Notes: generated from the letters alone by a model not told the origin. Positions 15,951 through 25,686 are shown, counted from the stretch's first letter. The stretch is 64,000 nucleotides of DNA from Candidatus Iainarchaeum sp. (GCA_016699555.1 CP064981.1:247876-311875), one strand, 5' to 3'. Numbers and translations: made by a program.

Positions 15951-18287
15951 ATGCATGCCAACCTCATCGTCCCAATCTTCCTAATCGCGCTCCTTGCGCT
16001 CTCGGGCTGTACCGCTCCCACGGGAAAAGATCTTACTTTTTCGGTCTTGGCCCATGGAACCCAATCCTCTTTCACCGTCGAACAGCAGAAAGTCTTTCGC
16101 ACACAGAGCGAATTCGAGACATTCTGGAAAACGAATTCAACCCAGACGCCGCTGGCCTCGATCGGAGCTATCGATTATGGGCGCGAAACCCTCATCTTGC
16201 TCGCGCTCGGAGAAAAGAGCACGGGCGGCTATGACATCCGCGTGGACCGCGTCGCGATGGCAGGGGCCAGTATCTTGGTGAATTACACCAAAATCGCCCC
16301 GGCATCCAACTCCTACAACGATGAAGCGCTCACCCAACCATACGTACTCATCAAGGTCTCCAGGCACGTGACCCCGGAGCAAGTCCAATTCATCGGAACC
16401 GACTACATGGCGCCTTCCACCACGGAAACGCAATGGATGGCCTACAATCCCGTGCAAGCCGACAATAATCCCTGGCAACTGTTCGATGGCGTGTTCGTGA
16501 ACACTCCTACCGAAGCCGAACGCGCCAGCGCATGGCTCTCTTCACACGGCGTCTCATTCACCTCGCTCGCATTCGTGCCCCATGATGAAATCGTGTGCGC
16601 TGCATTGAATTGCCCGCGCGGGGACTATTTGTATGTGAAGGCCAGCAACGCCGATGCCGTGCAGAAGCTCAAGGCCGAGGGATTCTTCACGCCTATTGAT
16701 CCGTTCGTGGTTGCAGAAAAGACGGACGCCATCCATGCGGCATTGCACTTCGTGAACCCTACAACAGCCAACCTCTACTATGGCGGATGCAACGAATTCA
16801 CTGCCCGCCAGTTGGGAGATGGCGAACCGCTTCCGATGCCGGAAAAGACATGCGTCTGGGAGGGATTGCCTATGGCGCTCGCTCCCCAAAGCGAAACCAC
16901 GCTCATCGCTACCCTATCCAAAGCCGGAACATATGATTTCGCCATCGGATACGGAACGGGATGCGATCCCGCCCAGCCATTGAGCCAGGGCAATTGTTCT
17001 ATGGAGAAGACAATCTATTCCAATCAGCTCGCGTATGATGCAGCGGCATTCGACTCTGTGGCGATGCGCATCAGTTTGGTCCAATGCCAAATGAATCCCT
17101 GGCAAGTGGGAGAATATGCCGTCACCGACGACACGGACGACTTGAAGTTCACGCGCTGGTTGAACGACAATGGGATCGCTCCCCTCTCGGTGCAATTCAA
17201 TCCCGCTCCTTCGAACTTTGTTTCGTGCGAGGCATGCAATTGTGCCAGCGGTGCATCCTATGACATTGCTATTTCCCCTATGGATGAAAAAGAAGCAAGT
17301 GACTTAGGGTTTGTAGTGCAAGAACAAACGGGCGTGGTCGTCTCCGATCCAGTGGAGACAAACTTCGACCAGCTCACGTGGTTGGTCATCAATCCCTATC
17401 AGTGCTTCGCCAATAAGTGGCCCGTTCCCAAGCAGGCCGTGAAGTCCATCGAAACGGATATGCGCTCGATGCGCGAATGGCTCGAGAGTAAGGGCGCCAC
17501 CATCGATGAAATGGCACTCATTGCAGGCCCTTCCACGCTGAACGTGGAATGCCTCAAGCGCACGAACAACATCTACGCGGTCGGCGTAGCAAACAATAGC
17601 GATGCCGAAATCGTCCGCAGCTCGGGATTCGTGTATGCATCGGCGGCACAAACGGAACGATTCTCCGCCACTCCAGCGGACGATCCCATCGTGTCACTCG
17701 TATACAAAACGAAATACTGCACCATCCCTGCATGGGAAAAGAATCCCACCGGAGAAGCAGATTACGCCACGAGCGCGAGCGCATTGCGCGATTGGTTGGA
17801 TGCGCGAGGGATTCCTCGCGAGGCGCTTACTATCCACACGCTCCCCAAATCGTCCACGGGCTCCTGCGACACCGACTCGGGTTATGGAATGCGCGTGCTC
17901 GTGCCCAAATGGGCTACCTATCACTTGGGGCCTTACGGCTTCGTGAGCGTGTCGACGGCGACAGTCAAAAACCAGGTGTATCCGAATAAGAAGGTGGCAC
18001 AACCGATACAGGCGAATTATTCTACTTGCAAGCAATATGAAAAAGCAATCGATTATTCATGCCAGACGGCCGAGGATTGTACGGTAAAAAATATCGGAGC
18101 AGTATGTTCCTATAATTTTTTTAAGTGCGTGAATGTGAATTCAGTTGCAGATCACAATTTTGTGAGAGATCATTGCGAATTAGGTCCAGAAGAATATTGT
18201 GGGGCTGGATCACAAACCATTCCGCCCGGGTGCTTGTGTGAGGATAATCAATGTGTAAATAATTTCTTTGCCAGCACTTCAATCTAG
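15951..18287 (+). CDS. Large lipoprotein: PrcB-like N-terminal domain, four ~85-aa Cys-containing repeats, Cys-rich C-terminal module
   Basis: 778 aa. Lipobox LLALSGC; GEKSTGGYDIRVDRV...TQPYVLIKV (PrcB C-terminal-domain-like); repeats at aa 162-246, 372-455, 476-561, 582-665; 12 Cys in the last 90 aa. Confidence 0.8.
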   Translation: MHANLIVPIFLIALLALSGCTAPTGKDLTFSVLAHGTQSSFTVEQQKVFRTQSEFETFWKTNSTQTPLASIGAIDYGRETLILLALGEKSTGGYDIRVDRVAMAGASILVNYTKIAPASNSYNDEALTQPYVLIKVSRHVTPEQVQFIGTDYMAPSTTETQWMAYNPVQADNNPWQLFDGVFVNTPTEAERASAWLSSHGVSFTSLAFVPHDEIVCAALNCPRGDYLYVKASNADAVQKLKAEGFFTPIDPFVVAEKTDAIHAALHFVNPTTANLYYGGCNEFTARQLGDGEPLPMPEKTCVWEGLPMALAPQSETTLIATLSKAGTYDFAIGYGTGCDPAQPLSQGNCSMEKTIYSNQLAYDAAAFDSVAMRISLVQCQMNPWQVGEYAVTDDTDDLKFTRWLNDNGIAPLSVQFNPAPSNFVSCEACNCASGASYDIAISPMDEKEASDLGFVVQEQTGVVVSDPVETNFDQLTWLVINPYQCFANKWPVPKQAVKSIETDMRSMREWLESKGATIDEMALIAGPSTLNVECLKRTNNIYAVGVANNSDAEIVRSSGFVYASAAQTERFSATPADDPIVSLVYKTKYCTIPAWEKNPTGEADYATSASALRDWLDARGIPREALTIHTLPKSSTGSCDTDSGYGMRVLVPKWATYHLGPYGFVSVSTATVKNQVYPNKKVAQPIQANYSTCKQYEKAIDYSCQTAEDCTVKNIGAVCSYNFFKCVNVNSVADHNFVRDHCELGPEEYCGAGSQTIPPGCLCEDNQCVNNFFASTSI
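16434..17945 (+). repeat. Four diverged ~85-aa intragenic repeats in the 778-aa lipoprotein
   Basis: Each unit has a (Q/Y)C..NPW-like strand, then WL---G(I/V), then two Cys, and ends in GF(F/V): aa 162-246, 372-455, 476-561, 582-665. Confidence 0.7.
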
Positions 18288-18950
18288 CATATCTTCTTCC
18301 CTGAAAGAAAATTCTTTTTTATTTGGGGCCACGATGAAGTGGTCCTTCAATTCCACTCCCATCCACTGCGCGCCCTCGATGATTTGCTTGGTAAGCAAAA
18401 TATCCTGCGAACTGGGCTCGGTTTCTCCCGAGGGGTGATTGTGCATCACGACAAATGCCTTGGCGCCGCGCTTCAGCACTGCTGCAATCACATCGCGTGG
18501 TTCCACGAGCACTTGGTACCGCGTTCCGCGACTTACTTCAATAGGGAAACCGATCAAGCGATCACGCGCATCTAAAGGCAAAACGAAAAATGCCTCGTGC
18601 GTGAGCGGCGCAATGCGTGCGCGCACCCATTCAATTCCTTCTTCTAACTCCAGCGGGATTCGCGTGCTGCGCTGCATGCGCATCCCTATTTCATGCACGG
18701 CCTTGAGTGCAATCCCTTGCACGCGGCCCACGCCTAGCTCTTTCCATTCCATCGAAGAAAGATTACCCAATTGCGCCCAATCTCCTTCTATTGCAACGAG
18801 GAGGGAGTGCGCCAGTTCTACGACATTCCTTTCCCGATTGCCCACGCGCAAGAGGATGGCGATCAACTCCACATCCGAAAGCGCATGCGCCCCCTCACGT
18901 TCCATGCGCTCACGGGGTTTCAGTTGGAGGGGCCATTTCGCCAGTCGCAT
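18279..18950 (-). CDS. radC: RadC-like JAB/MPN-domain protein (UPF0758)
   Basis: From ATG 18950: MRLAKWPLQLKPRERM...LSDVELIAILLRVG...HNHPSGETEPSSQD (JAMM motif). The 37-aa upstream extension in the track ORF (to 19061) would overlap the divergent neighbour. Confidence 0.85.
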   Translation of the reverse strand: MRLAKWPLQLKPRERMEREGAHALSDVELIAILLRVGNRERNVVELAHSLLVAIEGDWAQLGNLSSMEWKELGVGRVQGIALKAVHEIGMRMQRSTRIPLELEEGIEWVRARIAPLTHEAFFVLPLDARDRLIGFPIEVSRGTRYQVLVEPRDVIAAVLKRGAKAFVVMHNHPSGETEPSSQDILLTKQIIEGAQWMGVELKDHFIVAPNKKEFSFREEDMLD

Positions 18951-19040
18951 GCGTCCCGCATCCCCGGAATGATTGAAAAAGCTAGGGAGAATTTTTGCGC
19001 GAAAAGAGACATATAAAAATGGGGATTCGTTCTTTTCTGC

Positions 19041-19793
19041 ATGTCCTCCCCACGCGTGCATATCCGCGCCTACTTCGATTTTCTATGCCCATGGTGCTAT
19101 ATCGGAAAAACACGCCTAGAGAAAGCCATCCGACAGGCACACGTGCATGCCACCACGGAATGGATTCCGATCGAGCTGTATGCTCACCATGAAGAGCACC
19201 GCATCCACCGCGATCACATCCAGGGAAACGAGCACCTCGACAAGATTTACCAACAACTGGCATTGGTTGCGGCCGAAGAACGAATCGTGATCCGCCAACA
19301 CCCCTATGAGAAATCCTCACGCCGTGCGCTCACGGGAATATTGTTCGCGCGCGAGCATGGAAAAATGGACGAATACATGCGCGATGTGTACGCGGAAGTA
19401 TTCGAATACGGCAACGACATCGCCAGCCTCATGGTACTGGGAAGGGTCGCATTGAAGCTCGGATGGGAAGTCGAGTCGTTCTTGCGCTTCATCGACGAAC
19501 CCAAGAACCAAAACCAAATGCTGCACGAGAGCGAGCAAGCCAAACAAGATGGGGTGCATGGCGTGCCCACCTATGTGTTGAATGGCTACACGCTTGCCGG
19601 CACCATCCCCTCCACCGAATTGGCCCAATTACTTCGCGCGCACGCGCATGAGGTCGAAGCCCCTAAACCGGCGAAGGCCAGCAAGCGCCGCGCCGCTCCC
19701 AAAAAGAAAAAAAGCCCTCCAAAATCCCGTCCGGCCAAGAAATCCAAGAAGAAACGCCCGCCCAAAGCCCAAAAATCCCGTAAACGCCGTTAA
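19041..19793 (+). CDS. DsbA/FrnE-family thiol-disulfide oxidoreductase with a 45-aa polybasic tail
   Basis: 250 aa. YFDFLCPWCYIGK (CPWC active site), GVHGVPTYVLNG; tail PKPAKASKRRAAPKKKKSPPKSRPAKKSKKKRPPKAQKSRKRR. TATA CATATAAAAAT lies ~20 nt upstream of the ATG. Confidence 0.8.
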   Translation: MSSPRVHIRAYFDFLCPWCYIGKTRLEKAIRQAHVHATTEWIPIELYAHHEEHRIHRDHIQGNEHLDKIYQQLALVAAEERIVIRQHPYEKSSRRALTGILFAREHGKMDEYMRDVYAEVFEYGNDIASLMVLGRVALKLGWEVESFLRFIDEPKNQNQMLHESEQAKQDGVHGVPTYVLNGYTLAGTIPSTELAQLLRAHAHEVEAPKPAKASKRRAAPKKKKSPPKSRPAKKSKKKRPPKAQKSRKRR

Positions 19794-19917
19794 ATGGGCT
19801 TGTTTTTTCGGGGGGAGAGAATTACTTTATATCCTTTCCCCAGGCGATTCATTCCTATCTGCCTGCTTTGCGGGCGCCTGCAGGCATCGCCTGCCTAAAA
19901 CCCTGTGATGTGATCCC

Positions 19918-21171
19918 ATGACCGCCGAAACAGCAACTTCCAAAACCTATGACGTCATCATTGTCGGAGGCGGCCCTGGGGGCAGCACCTCGGCGATGTT
20001 CTTGGCCAAGAAAGGCTACAAGGTCCTGGTACTCGAAAAGCAGAAATACCCCCGCGACAAGATCTGCGGAGACGCCATCTCGGGAAAGTCCGTCGGAATG
20101 CTCAAGGAATTAGGCATTGAAAAGGACATCGAAAAGATCGATCACGCCAAAGTCTATGGGCTGGTATTCTCCTCTCCCGAAGGCAAGACGCTCGAAATCC
20201 CTTTTCCCGTGAAAGACGGCGAAGGCAACACCAAGCCCCGCGGATATGTGGTGCGCCGCATCGTCATGGATAATTTCCTATTCCAGCACGCCAAAAAGGT
20301 CGCCGACACGCGCGAACAATTCGAGGTCAAGGATCTCTTGTTCGACGAGCAGGGAAAAGTCATCGGGGTCAAAGGTGTTGACCTCAATACCAAGGAAGAG
20401 CACTCCTTCCATTCCAAATTCGTCATCGGCGCAGACGGCTCTTACTCCGTCGTAGCGAACAAAGTGAATGCCGAAAAAGTTCCTGAAGACCACTTGTGCG
20501 AAGCCACGCGTGTGTATTACAAAAACGTCGCGGGAATCACTCCCAATATCGAAATCCACTTTGTGGACTCGGTGATGCCGGGTTACTTCTGGATCTTCCC
20601 CTTAGAAAATGGAATGGCCAACGTGGGATTGGGAATGGTTCGTTCGGATCGCCAAAAGAAAGGCGTGAATCTCGTGAAGGAAACAGAGAAAGTCATCATG
20701 GAACACCCTCTGTTCAAGGAACGCTTCAAGGATGCCGAGAAGCTGACGGACATCAAGGGATGGACATTGCCCTTCGGTTCGTTCAAGCGCAAGCTCCACG
20801 GCCCCGGATATTTCCTCGTCGGAGACGCCGCTTCGTTGGTGGATCCCTTCTCCGGAGAGGGCGTGGGGAATGCCATGACCTCTGCGAAGTTCGTTTCCGA
20901 AGTCATCGATGAAGCCGTCAAGGCCAATGACTTCTCCGAAGCCAAGCTCGCCCAATATGATGAACGTTTATGGAAAGAAATCGGCCCCGAGATGCAGACC
21001 TCCTACATGCTGCAGAAGATCGGCCGCCACAAGTGGTTGTTGAACTTGGTCGTAGGGAAGGCCGTCAAAAGCAAAGAAATCCGCGACACGATTTCGGGGA
21101 TGTTGGTGAATGAAGAGGCACGCAAGACCTTCATCACGCCCATGTTCTACGTGAAGCTGTTACTGGCATAA
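19918..21171 (+). CDS. Geranylgeranyl reductase family FAD-dependent oxidoreductase
   Basis: 417 aa. YDVIIVGGGPGGSTSAMFLAKKGYKVLVLEK (dinucleotide fold), KICGDAIS, GDAASLVDPFSGEGV. Confidence 0.85.
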   Translation: MTAETATSKTYDVIIVGGGPGGSTSAMFLAKKGYKVLVLEKQKYPRDKICGDAISGKSVGMLKELGIEKDIEKIDHAKVYGLVFSSPEGKTLEIPFPVKDGEGNTKPRGYVVRRIVMDNFLFQHAKKVADTREQFEVKDLLFDEQGKVIGVKGVDLNTKEEHSFHSKFVIGADGSYSVVANKVNAEKVPEDHLCEATRVYYKNVAGITPNIEIHFVDSVMPGYFWIFPLENGMANVGLGMVRSDRQKKGVNLVKETEKVIMEHPLFKERFKDAEKLTDIKGWTLPFGSFKRKLHGPGYFLVGDAASLVDPFSGEGVGNAMTSAKFVSEVIDEAVKANDFSEAKLAQYDERLWKEIGPEMQTSYMLQKIGRHKWLLNLVVGKAVKSKEIRDTISGMLVNEEARKTFITPMFYVKLLLA

Positions 21172-21232
21172 ATCGATCTTTTTTGGGGGGATTCTCCCCC
21201 ATCAATAAATATCCTTGGTTGCTGTTCTCGTT

Positions 21233-21961
21233 ATGCCTGCAAAGAAGTCCGAAGAAATAGGGATCTCGGTCGTCGTTCCTACGCTGAATGAGGAAAAGAA
21301 TATTGGCCCCTGCCTGCAAGCGCTGCGCGAACAGGATTTTGAAGGCGGCTATGAGGTCATCGTGGCCGATGGCAATAGCGAAGACAAGACACGCGAAATC
21401 GCCGAGAGACTCGCGGACAAAGTCATCATCGAGAAGCGTCGCAGCATCGCATTCGAGCGCAATGCCGGCGCCCAACACGCGAAAGGCAAGATCATCGTAT
21501 TCACGGACGCCGATTCATGCGCTCCCAAGAATTGGCTTTCATCCGTCTATCGCATCTTCGAAGACGACAAGGAATTAAGCCTGGTTTATGGCCCCGTTTT
21601 CTTTTCCGACACGAGCAAAGAAGAACAATGGATCTCTTCTTTTTTCATGCCTAAATTCATGAAAATCATGGATTTGCTGAGCATGCACAATCCCATCGGG
21701 AGCAATATGGCGATTCGAAGAGAGGTGTATGAGAAGATCGGGGGATTCAATACCGAATACATCACCTGCGAGGACTTGGATTTGGGGAAGCGCGCCATCA
21801 AGCACGGGAAACTAAAATACGTCAAGCACATGCACACGCTCGTTTCCGCTCGGCGAGTAAAGAAATGGGGCTACGCGCGCTATGTGGGATTCCACTTATT
21901 CAATGGCGTGCGCTACCATCTTACGGGGAATGCCTCGCGTAAGTATGAAGACGTGCGATAG
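21233..21961 (+). CDS. Family 2 glycosyltransferase
   Basis: ISVVVPTLNEEKNI...EVIVADGNSEDKT...FTDAD (DxD). The track ORF begins at TTG 21215; the first ATG is 21233. Confidence 0.85.
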   Translation: MPAKKSEEIGISVVVPTLNEEKNIGPCLQALREQDFEGGYEVIVADGNSEDKTREIAERLADKVIIEKRRSIAFERNAGAQHAKGKIIVFTDADSCAPKNWLSSVYRIFEDDKELSLVYGPVFFSDTSKEEQWISSFFMPKFMKIMDLLSMHNPIGSNMAIRREVYEKIGGFNTEYITCEDLDLGKRAIKHGKLKYVKHMHTLVSARRVKKWGYARYVGFHLFNGVRYHLTGNASRKYEDVR

Positions 21962-22001
21962 CGACTTCTGCCCTTAAAAGCTCCATATTTTTACCTTCCT
22001 T

Positions 22002-23159
22002 ATGCGCATCGCCATCTTCACGGATTCATTTTGGCCCCAAATCAATGGCGTTACAACGGCCATATGGAATTATTGCGTCCCGCTTGCCGATGAAGGGCAT
22101 GAGTTCATCATTTTCGCACCCAAGCCGGCCGGCAGCGTCGCAGAAGCCCCTGCTCACAAAAACATTCAAACCATTTGGCTTCCATCGTTTCCATTGCCTT
22201 CGTACAAAGACTATCTCGTAGCGTATCACCTTCCTTCCGCCGCCAAAAAGAAACTCAACGAATTCGCTCCCGAGATCGTGCACGTGCATACTCCTTTCTT
22301 CGTCGCCAAGCAAGGGCTCGATTATGCCAAGAAACACCACTTGCCTTCGGTGGGGACATTCCACACGCTCTTGACGGAATTCCTCGAGTACTTGCCACTG
22401 CCCGTAAAGGAATTGAAACGCTCTCCCATCATGGAAAAGCTCACATGGAAATACATGCAGCATTTCTACTCCAAGTGCAAGGTGCTCACTACTCCTAGCA
22501 CGGCCAATGCGCACGAATTGCAACAGCACGGATTCAAGCACGTGCAAGTTTTGACGAATGGAATCGATTACACGTTATTCGCTAAAACCAAACCCAAAAA
22601 ATCAACCAAAAAAGAAACAAAACTGCTCTATTATGGGCGAATCTCATTCGAGAAGCGCATTGATATCGTAGTGGATGCATTCGCACGCGTGCATGAACAA
22701 TTCCCCCACACCACTCTTACGATCATCGGCTCCGGTCCTGCTGAAAATGCGCTCAAGGCCCAAACCCACGCGCTCGGAATCGCTTCAGCGGTTCATTTCC
22801 CGGGCGCATTCCGTGGAAAAGAATTGGCCGAACGCGTGCAGCAGCATGATATCATGGTGACTGCCTCCCCGATGGAAACGCAAGGGCTCACCGTGTTGGA
22901 GGCAATGGCAGCAGGACTCGCAGTCGTCGGAGCCGACGCGCGCGCGATTCCGCTCGCTATCGGAAATAATGAACGCGGGCTGCTGTTCAAAGAAGGGGAC
23001 GCGATCGATTGTGCAACTCAGCTCGAGAAGCTATTGTACCATCCTGCGCTGCGCAAGAAACTGATTGCTGCCGGAAAGAAGTTTTCGAAACACTACGATA
23101 AGAAGACCGTTGCAAAGCAATTGCTCAAGCTTTACCATTCATCCCTCCACCACGCGTGA
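22002..23159 (+). CDS. GT-B fold glycosyltransferase (family 4-like)
   Basis: 385 aa. MRIAIFTDSFWPQINGV, C-terminal ETQGLTVLEAMAAGLAVV (E-x7-E region). Confidence 0.85.
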   Translation: MRIAIFTDSFWPQINGVTTAIWNYCVPLADEGHEFIIFAPKPAGSVAEAPAHKNIQTIWLPSFPLPSYKDYLVAYHLPSAAKKKLNEFAPEIVHVHTPFFVAKQGLDYAKKHHLPSVGTFHTLLTEFLEYLPLPVKELKRSPIMEKLTWKYMQHFYSKCKVLTTPSTANAHELQQHGFKHVQVLTNGIDYTLFAKTKPKKSTKKETKLLYYGRISFEKRIDIVVDAFARVHEQFPHTTLTIIGSGPAENALKAQTHALGIASAVHFPGAFRGKELAERVQQHDIMVTASPMETQGLTVLEAMAAGLAVVGADARAIPLAIGNNERGLLFKEGDAIDCATQLEKLLYHPALRKKLIAAGKKFSKHYDKKTVAKQLLKLYHSSLHHA

Positions 23160-23197
23160 CTGCGCACCCTTAAATTCCCTCTTTTTTTCCTCCTAGC

Positions 23198-24910
23198 ATG
23201 CAATCCATTTCGCATGATGTGCTCGTTATTGGCGCGGGACTAGCCGGACAACGTGCCGCCATCGAAGCCAAAGCATGGGGTTGCGATGTGGGAATCGTTT
23301 CCAAAGTCCATCCTGTGAGATCGCACTCCGTTGCAGCTGCTGGTGGAATCAACGCCGCGATTGGAAAAGGAGACGACTGGAAGGCCCATTTCAAGGACAC
23401 GGTCTATGGAAGCGATTTCTTGGGAGACCAGGATGCCATCGAAATCCTCTGCAAAGATGCCCCCGCGCGCGTGCGCGAAATGGAATCTTGGGGGGTCGTA
23501 TTTTCACGCACCGAGAAAGGCGACATCGCTCAGCGTCCATTCGGGGGACAAACCACTCCACGCACATGCTATGCGGCCGATCGCACAGGCCATATGCTCC
23601 TGCACACGCTCTATGACCAGCTCATGAAGAGCAATCCCGCCATCTATCCCGAACACTATGCGCTAAGCCTCATCCTGGAACAAAATACCTGCAAGGGCGT
23701 CATCATGTATGACATTGAGCACGGGAAACTCATCGAAGCACGCGCCAAAAGCGTGTTGCTTGCAACAGGAGGGTATGGGCAGGCGTTTTCTACCACTACG
23801 AATGCCAAAATCAACACGGGAGATGGCCTGTCTCTCGCATTCAATGCCGGTCTGCCGCTTCAAGACATGGAAATGGTGCAATTCCACCCCTCAGGGATGT
23901 ATGGCAAGGGCTATTTGGTTTCAGAAGCCTCTCGCGGGGAAGGCGCTTACTTGTTGAATGCCAAACTCCAACGATTCATGAAAAACTATGCCCCTGCCAA
24001 AATGGAATTGGCCTCGCGCGATGTGGTGGCGCGTGCGATCACAACGGAAATGCTCGAAGGCCGCGGCGCAGGAACAAAAAAAGACCATGTTTGGCTGGAC
24101 GTGCGCCACTTGGGGAAGAAAAAAATCATGGAACGCATCCCCGAAATATTCCAAACGGTCCAACACCAACTGGGAATTGATTGCACGAAGGAATTGATCC
24201 CCATCGTGCCCACGGCTCACTACTCGATGGGGGGCATTCCAACGGACACCAATGCACGCGTCGTCATCGATGCGCACCGCACTCCAATCCATGGGCTTTT
24301 CGCCGCGGGAGAAGTGGCATGCGTATCCGTGCACGGGGCCAATCGTCTCGGAGGCAATTCCTTGCTCGAAACCCTCGTATTCGGGAGGATCGCAGGACAA
24401 GAGATGGCAAAGCACGCAAAGGCTTTGCCGCGGACTTTTCCATCCATTGATTCCATACACCTCGAACAGGCCCAAAAGCGGTTAATGCATCTACAAAACC
24501 GCACAACCGGCACACGCCCTGCGCTGGTGCGCGAACAACTCCAATCCATGATGATGCGCGACTGCGGGATATTCCGGAATGCGCAGGGACTGGAGAATGG
24601 ATTGCGCGCTTGGAAGAGAATCCAAGCCAAGGCATCCCAGCTCATGCTCGAAGACAAATCAGCCTATTTCAACACGGACCTCGTCGAAGCACTTGAGACC
24701 CAAAACCTCATCGCATTCTCGCAAACCATCCTCGCTAGCGCGGCTGCGCGGAAGGAAAGTCGAGGGTCGCATATGCGTACCGATTATATCAAGCGCGACG
24801 ACAAGCAGTGGCTCAAGCACACGCTGGCGCGCAAGGGTCCCGCGCAGGTGCTGCTGGATTACAAGCCCGTCGTCATCAAGAACTACAAACCCGAAGCGAG
24901 GCACTACTGA
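23198..24910 (+). CDS. sdhA: Succinate dehydrogenase/fumarate reductase flavoprotein subunit
   Basis: 570 aa. VLVIGAGLAGQRAA, RSHSVAAAGGINA (FAD-linking His context), HYSMGGI, HGANRLGGNSL, ESRGSH. Confidence 0.95.
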   Translation: MQSISHDVLVIGAGLAGQRAAIEAKAWGCDVGIVSKVHPVRSHSVAAAGGINAAIGKGDDWKAHFKDTVYGSDFLGDQDAIEILCKDAPARVREMESWGVVFSRTEKGDIAQRPFGGQTTPRTCYAADRTGHMLLHTLYDQLMKSNPAIYPEHYALSLILEQNTCKGVIMYDIEHGKLIEARAKSVLLATGGYGQAFSTTTNAKINTGDGLSLAFNAGLPLQDMEMVQFHPSGMYGKGYLVSEASRGEGAYLLNAKLQRFMKNYAPAKMELASRDVVARAITTEMLEGRGAGTKKDHVWLDVRHLGKKKIMERIPEIFQTVQHQLGIDCTKELIPIVPTAHYSMGGIPTDTNARVVIDAHRTPIHGLFAAGEVACVSVHGANRLGGNSLLETLVFGRIAGQEMAKHAKALPRTFPSIDSIHLEQAQKRLMHLQNRTTGTRPALVREQLQSMMMRDCGIFRNAQGLENGLRAWKRIQAKASQLMLEDKSAYFNTDLVEALETQNLIAFSQTILASAAARKESRGSHMRTDYIKRDDKQWLKHTLARKGPAQVLLDYKPVVIKNYKPEARHY

Positions 24911-25686
24911 TGACTCCCAAGAAAATGGGTAAGAAGAAAGCAGTCACGCGCGAGCCAACGATTTCCTTTGTGCCAGGGGTCGCAAACAACCTCCATGCCA
25001 CTATTTTTCGCTATAATCCCTCCATGGATTTCGTCCCACGCACCCATACCTACACGATGGAAAAGAAGGAAGGCGAGAGCGTATGGGAATTGCTCTCGCG
25101 CATCAAGCATCGCCACGACGGCAGCCTCACATTTAGGGGCAATTGCGGCAATGGTGCGTGCGGGGGATGTGGAATAAAAGTGAATGGAAAACCCACGCTC
25201 GCATGCACGACGCAAGTCGCCTCTTCATTGGATGCCCACAACACGATGCGCATCGATCCCTTGGACGAAAAGAGCGTCAAAAAGGACTTGGCACAGGATG
25301 AAACCCTATTCTTTGCACAATTCCTTGCGGTGAAACCATGGATCCAATTACGCTCCAATGAGCACGTGCGCCAGCACAAGATGAGCTTGCAAGAGTTGGA
25401 GCGGCTCGATCGTGCGCCCAACTGCCACATGTGCCAGCTCTGCAATACGGCTGCGAGAACGGATTTAGAAAAAGAATTAGGGCCAGCCGCATTCGTAAAA
25501 GGCTATCGCTATGCTCGCGACATGCGCGATGGAGACGTGACGCGCATCAAGCTACTCCAATCCCATTTTCCCGTACACTATGCACTGAAATCAGCCAACC
25601 TTTGCCCGCGCGACATCATGCCCGGGGAAAAGATGGAATGGATTAAGAAGCAAAAAATAGGCAAGTCTACTGAAAGATCTAAGTGA
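24910..25686 (+). CDS. sdhB: Succinate dehydrogenase/fumarate reductase iron-sulfur subunit, atypical (no [3Fe-4S] ligands)
   Basis: 258 aa from ATG 24910, which overlaps the sdhA stop (ATGA). C79-x4-C84-x2-C87-x11-C99, then C172-x2-C175-x2-C178 and C232-P. The upstream in-frame extension to 24808 lies inside sdhA. Confidence 0.85.
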   Translation: MTPKKMGKKKAVTREPTISFVPGVANNLHATIFRYNPSMDFVPRTHTYTMEKKEGESVWELLSRIKHRHDGSLTFRGNCGNGACGGCGIKVNGKPTLACTTQVASSLDAHNTMRIDPLDEKSVKKDLAQDETLFFAQFLAVKPWIQLRSNEHVRQHKMSLQELERLDRAPNCHMCQLCNTAARTDLEKELGPAAFVKGYRYARDMRDGDVTRIKLLQSHFPVHYALKSANLCPRDIMPGEKMEWIKKQKIGKSTERSK

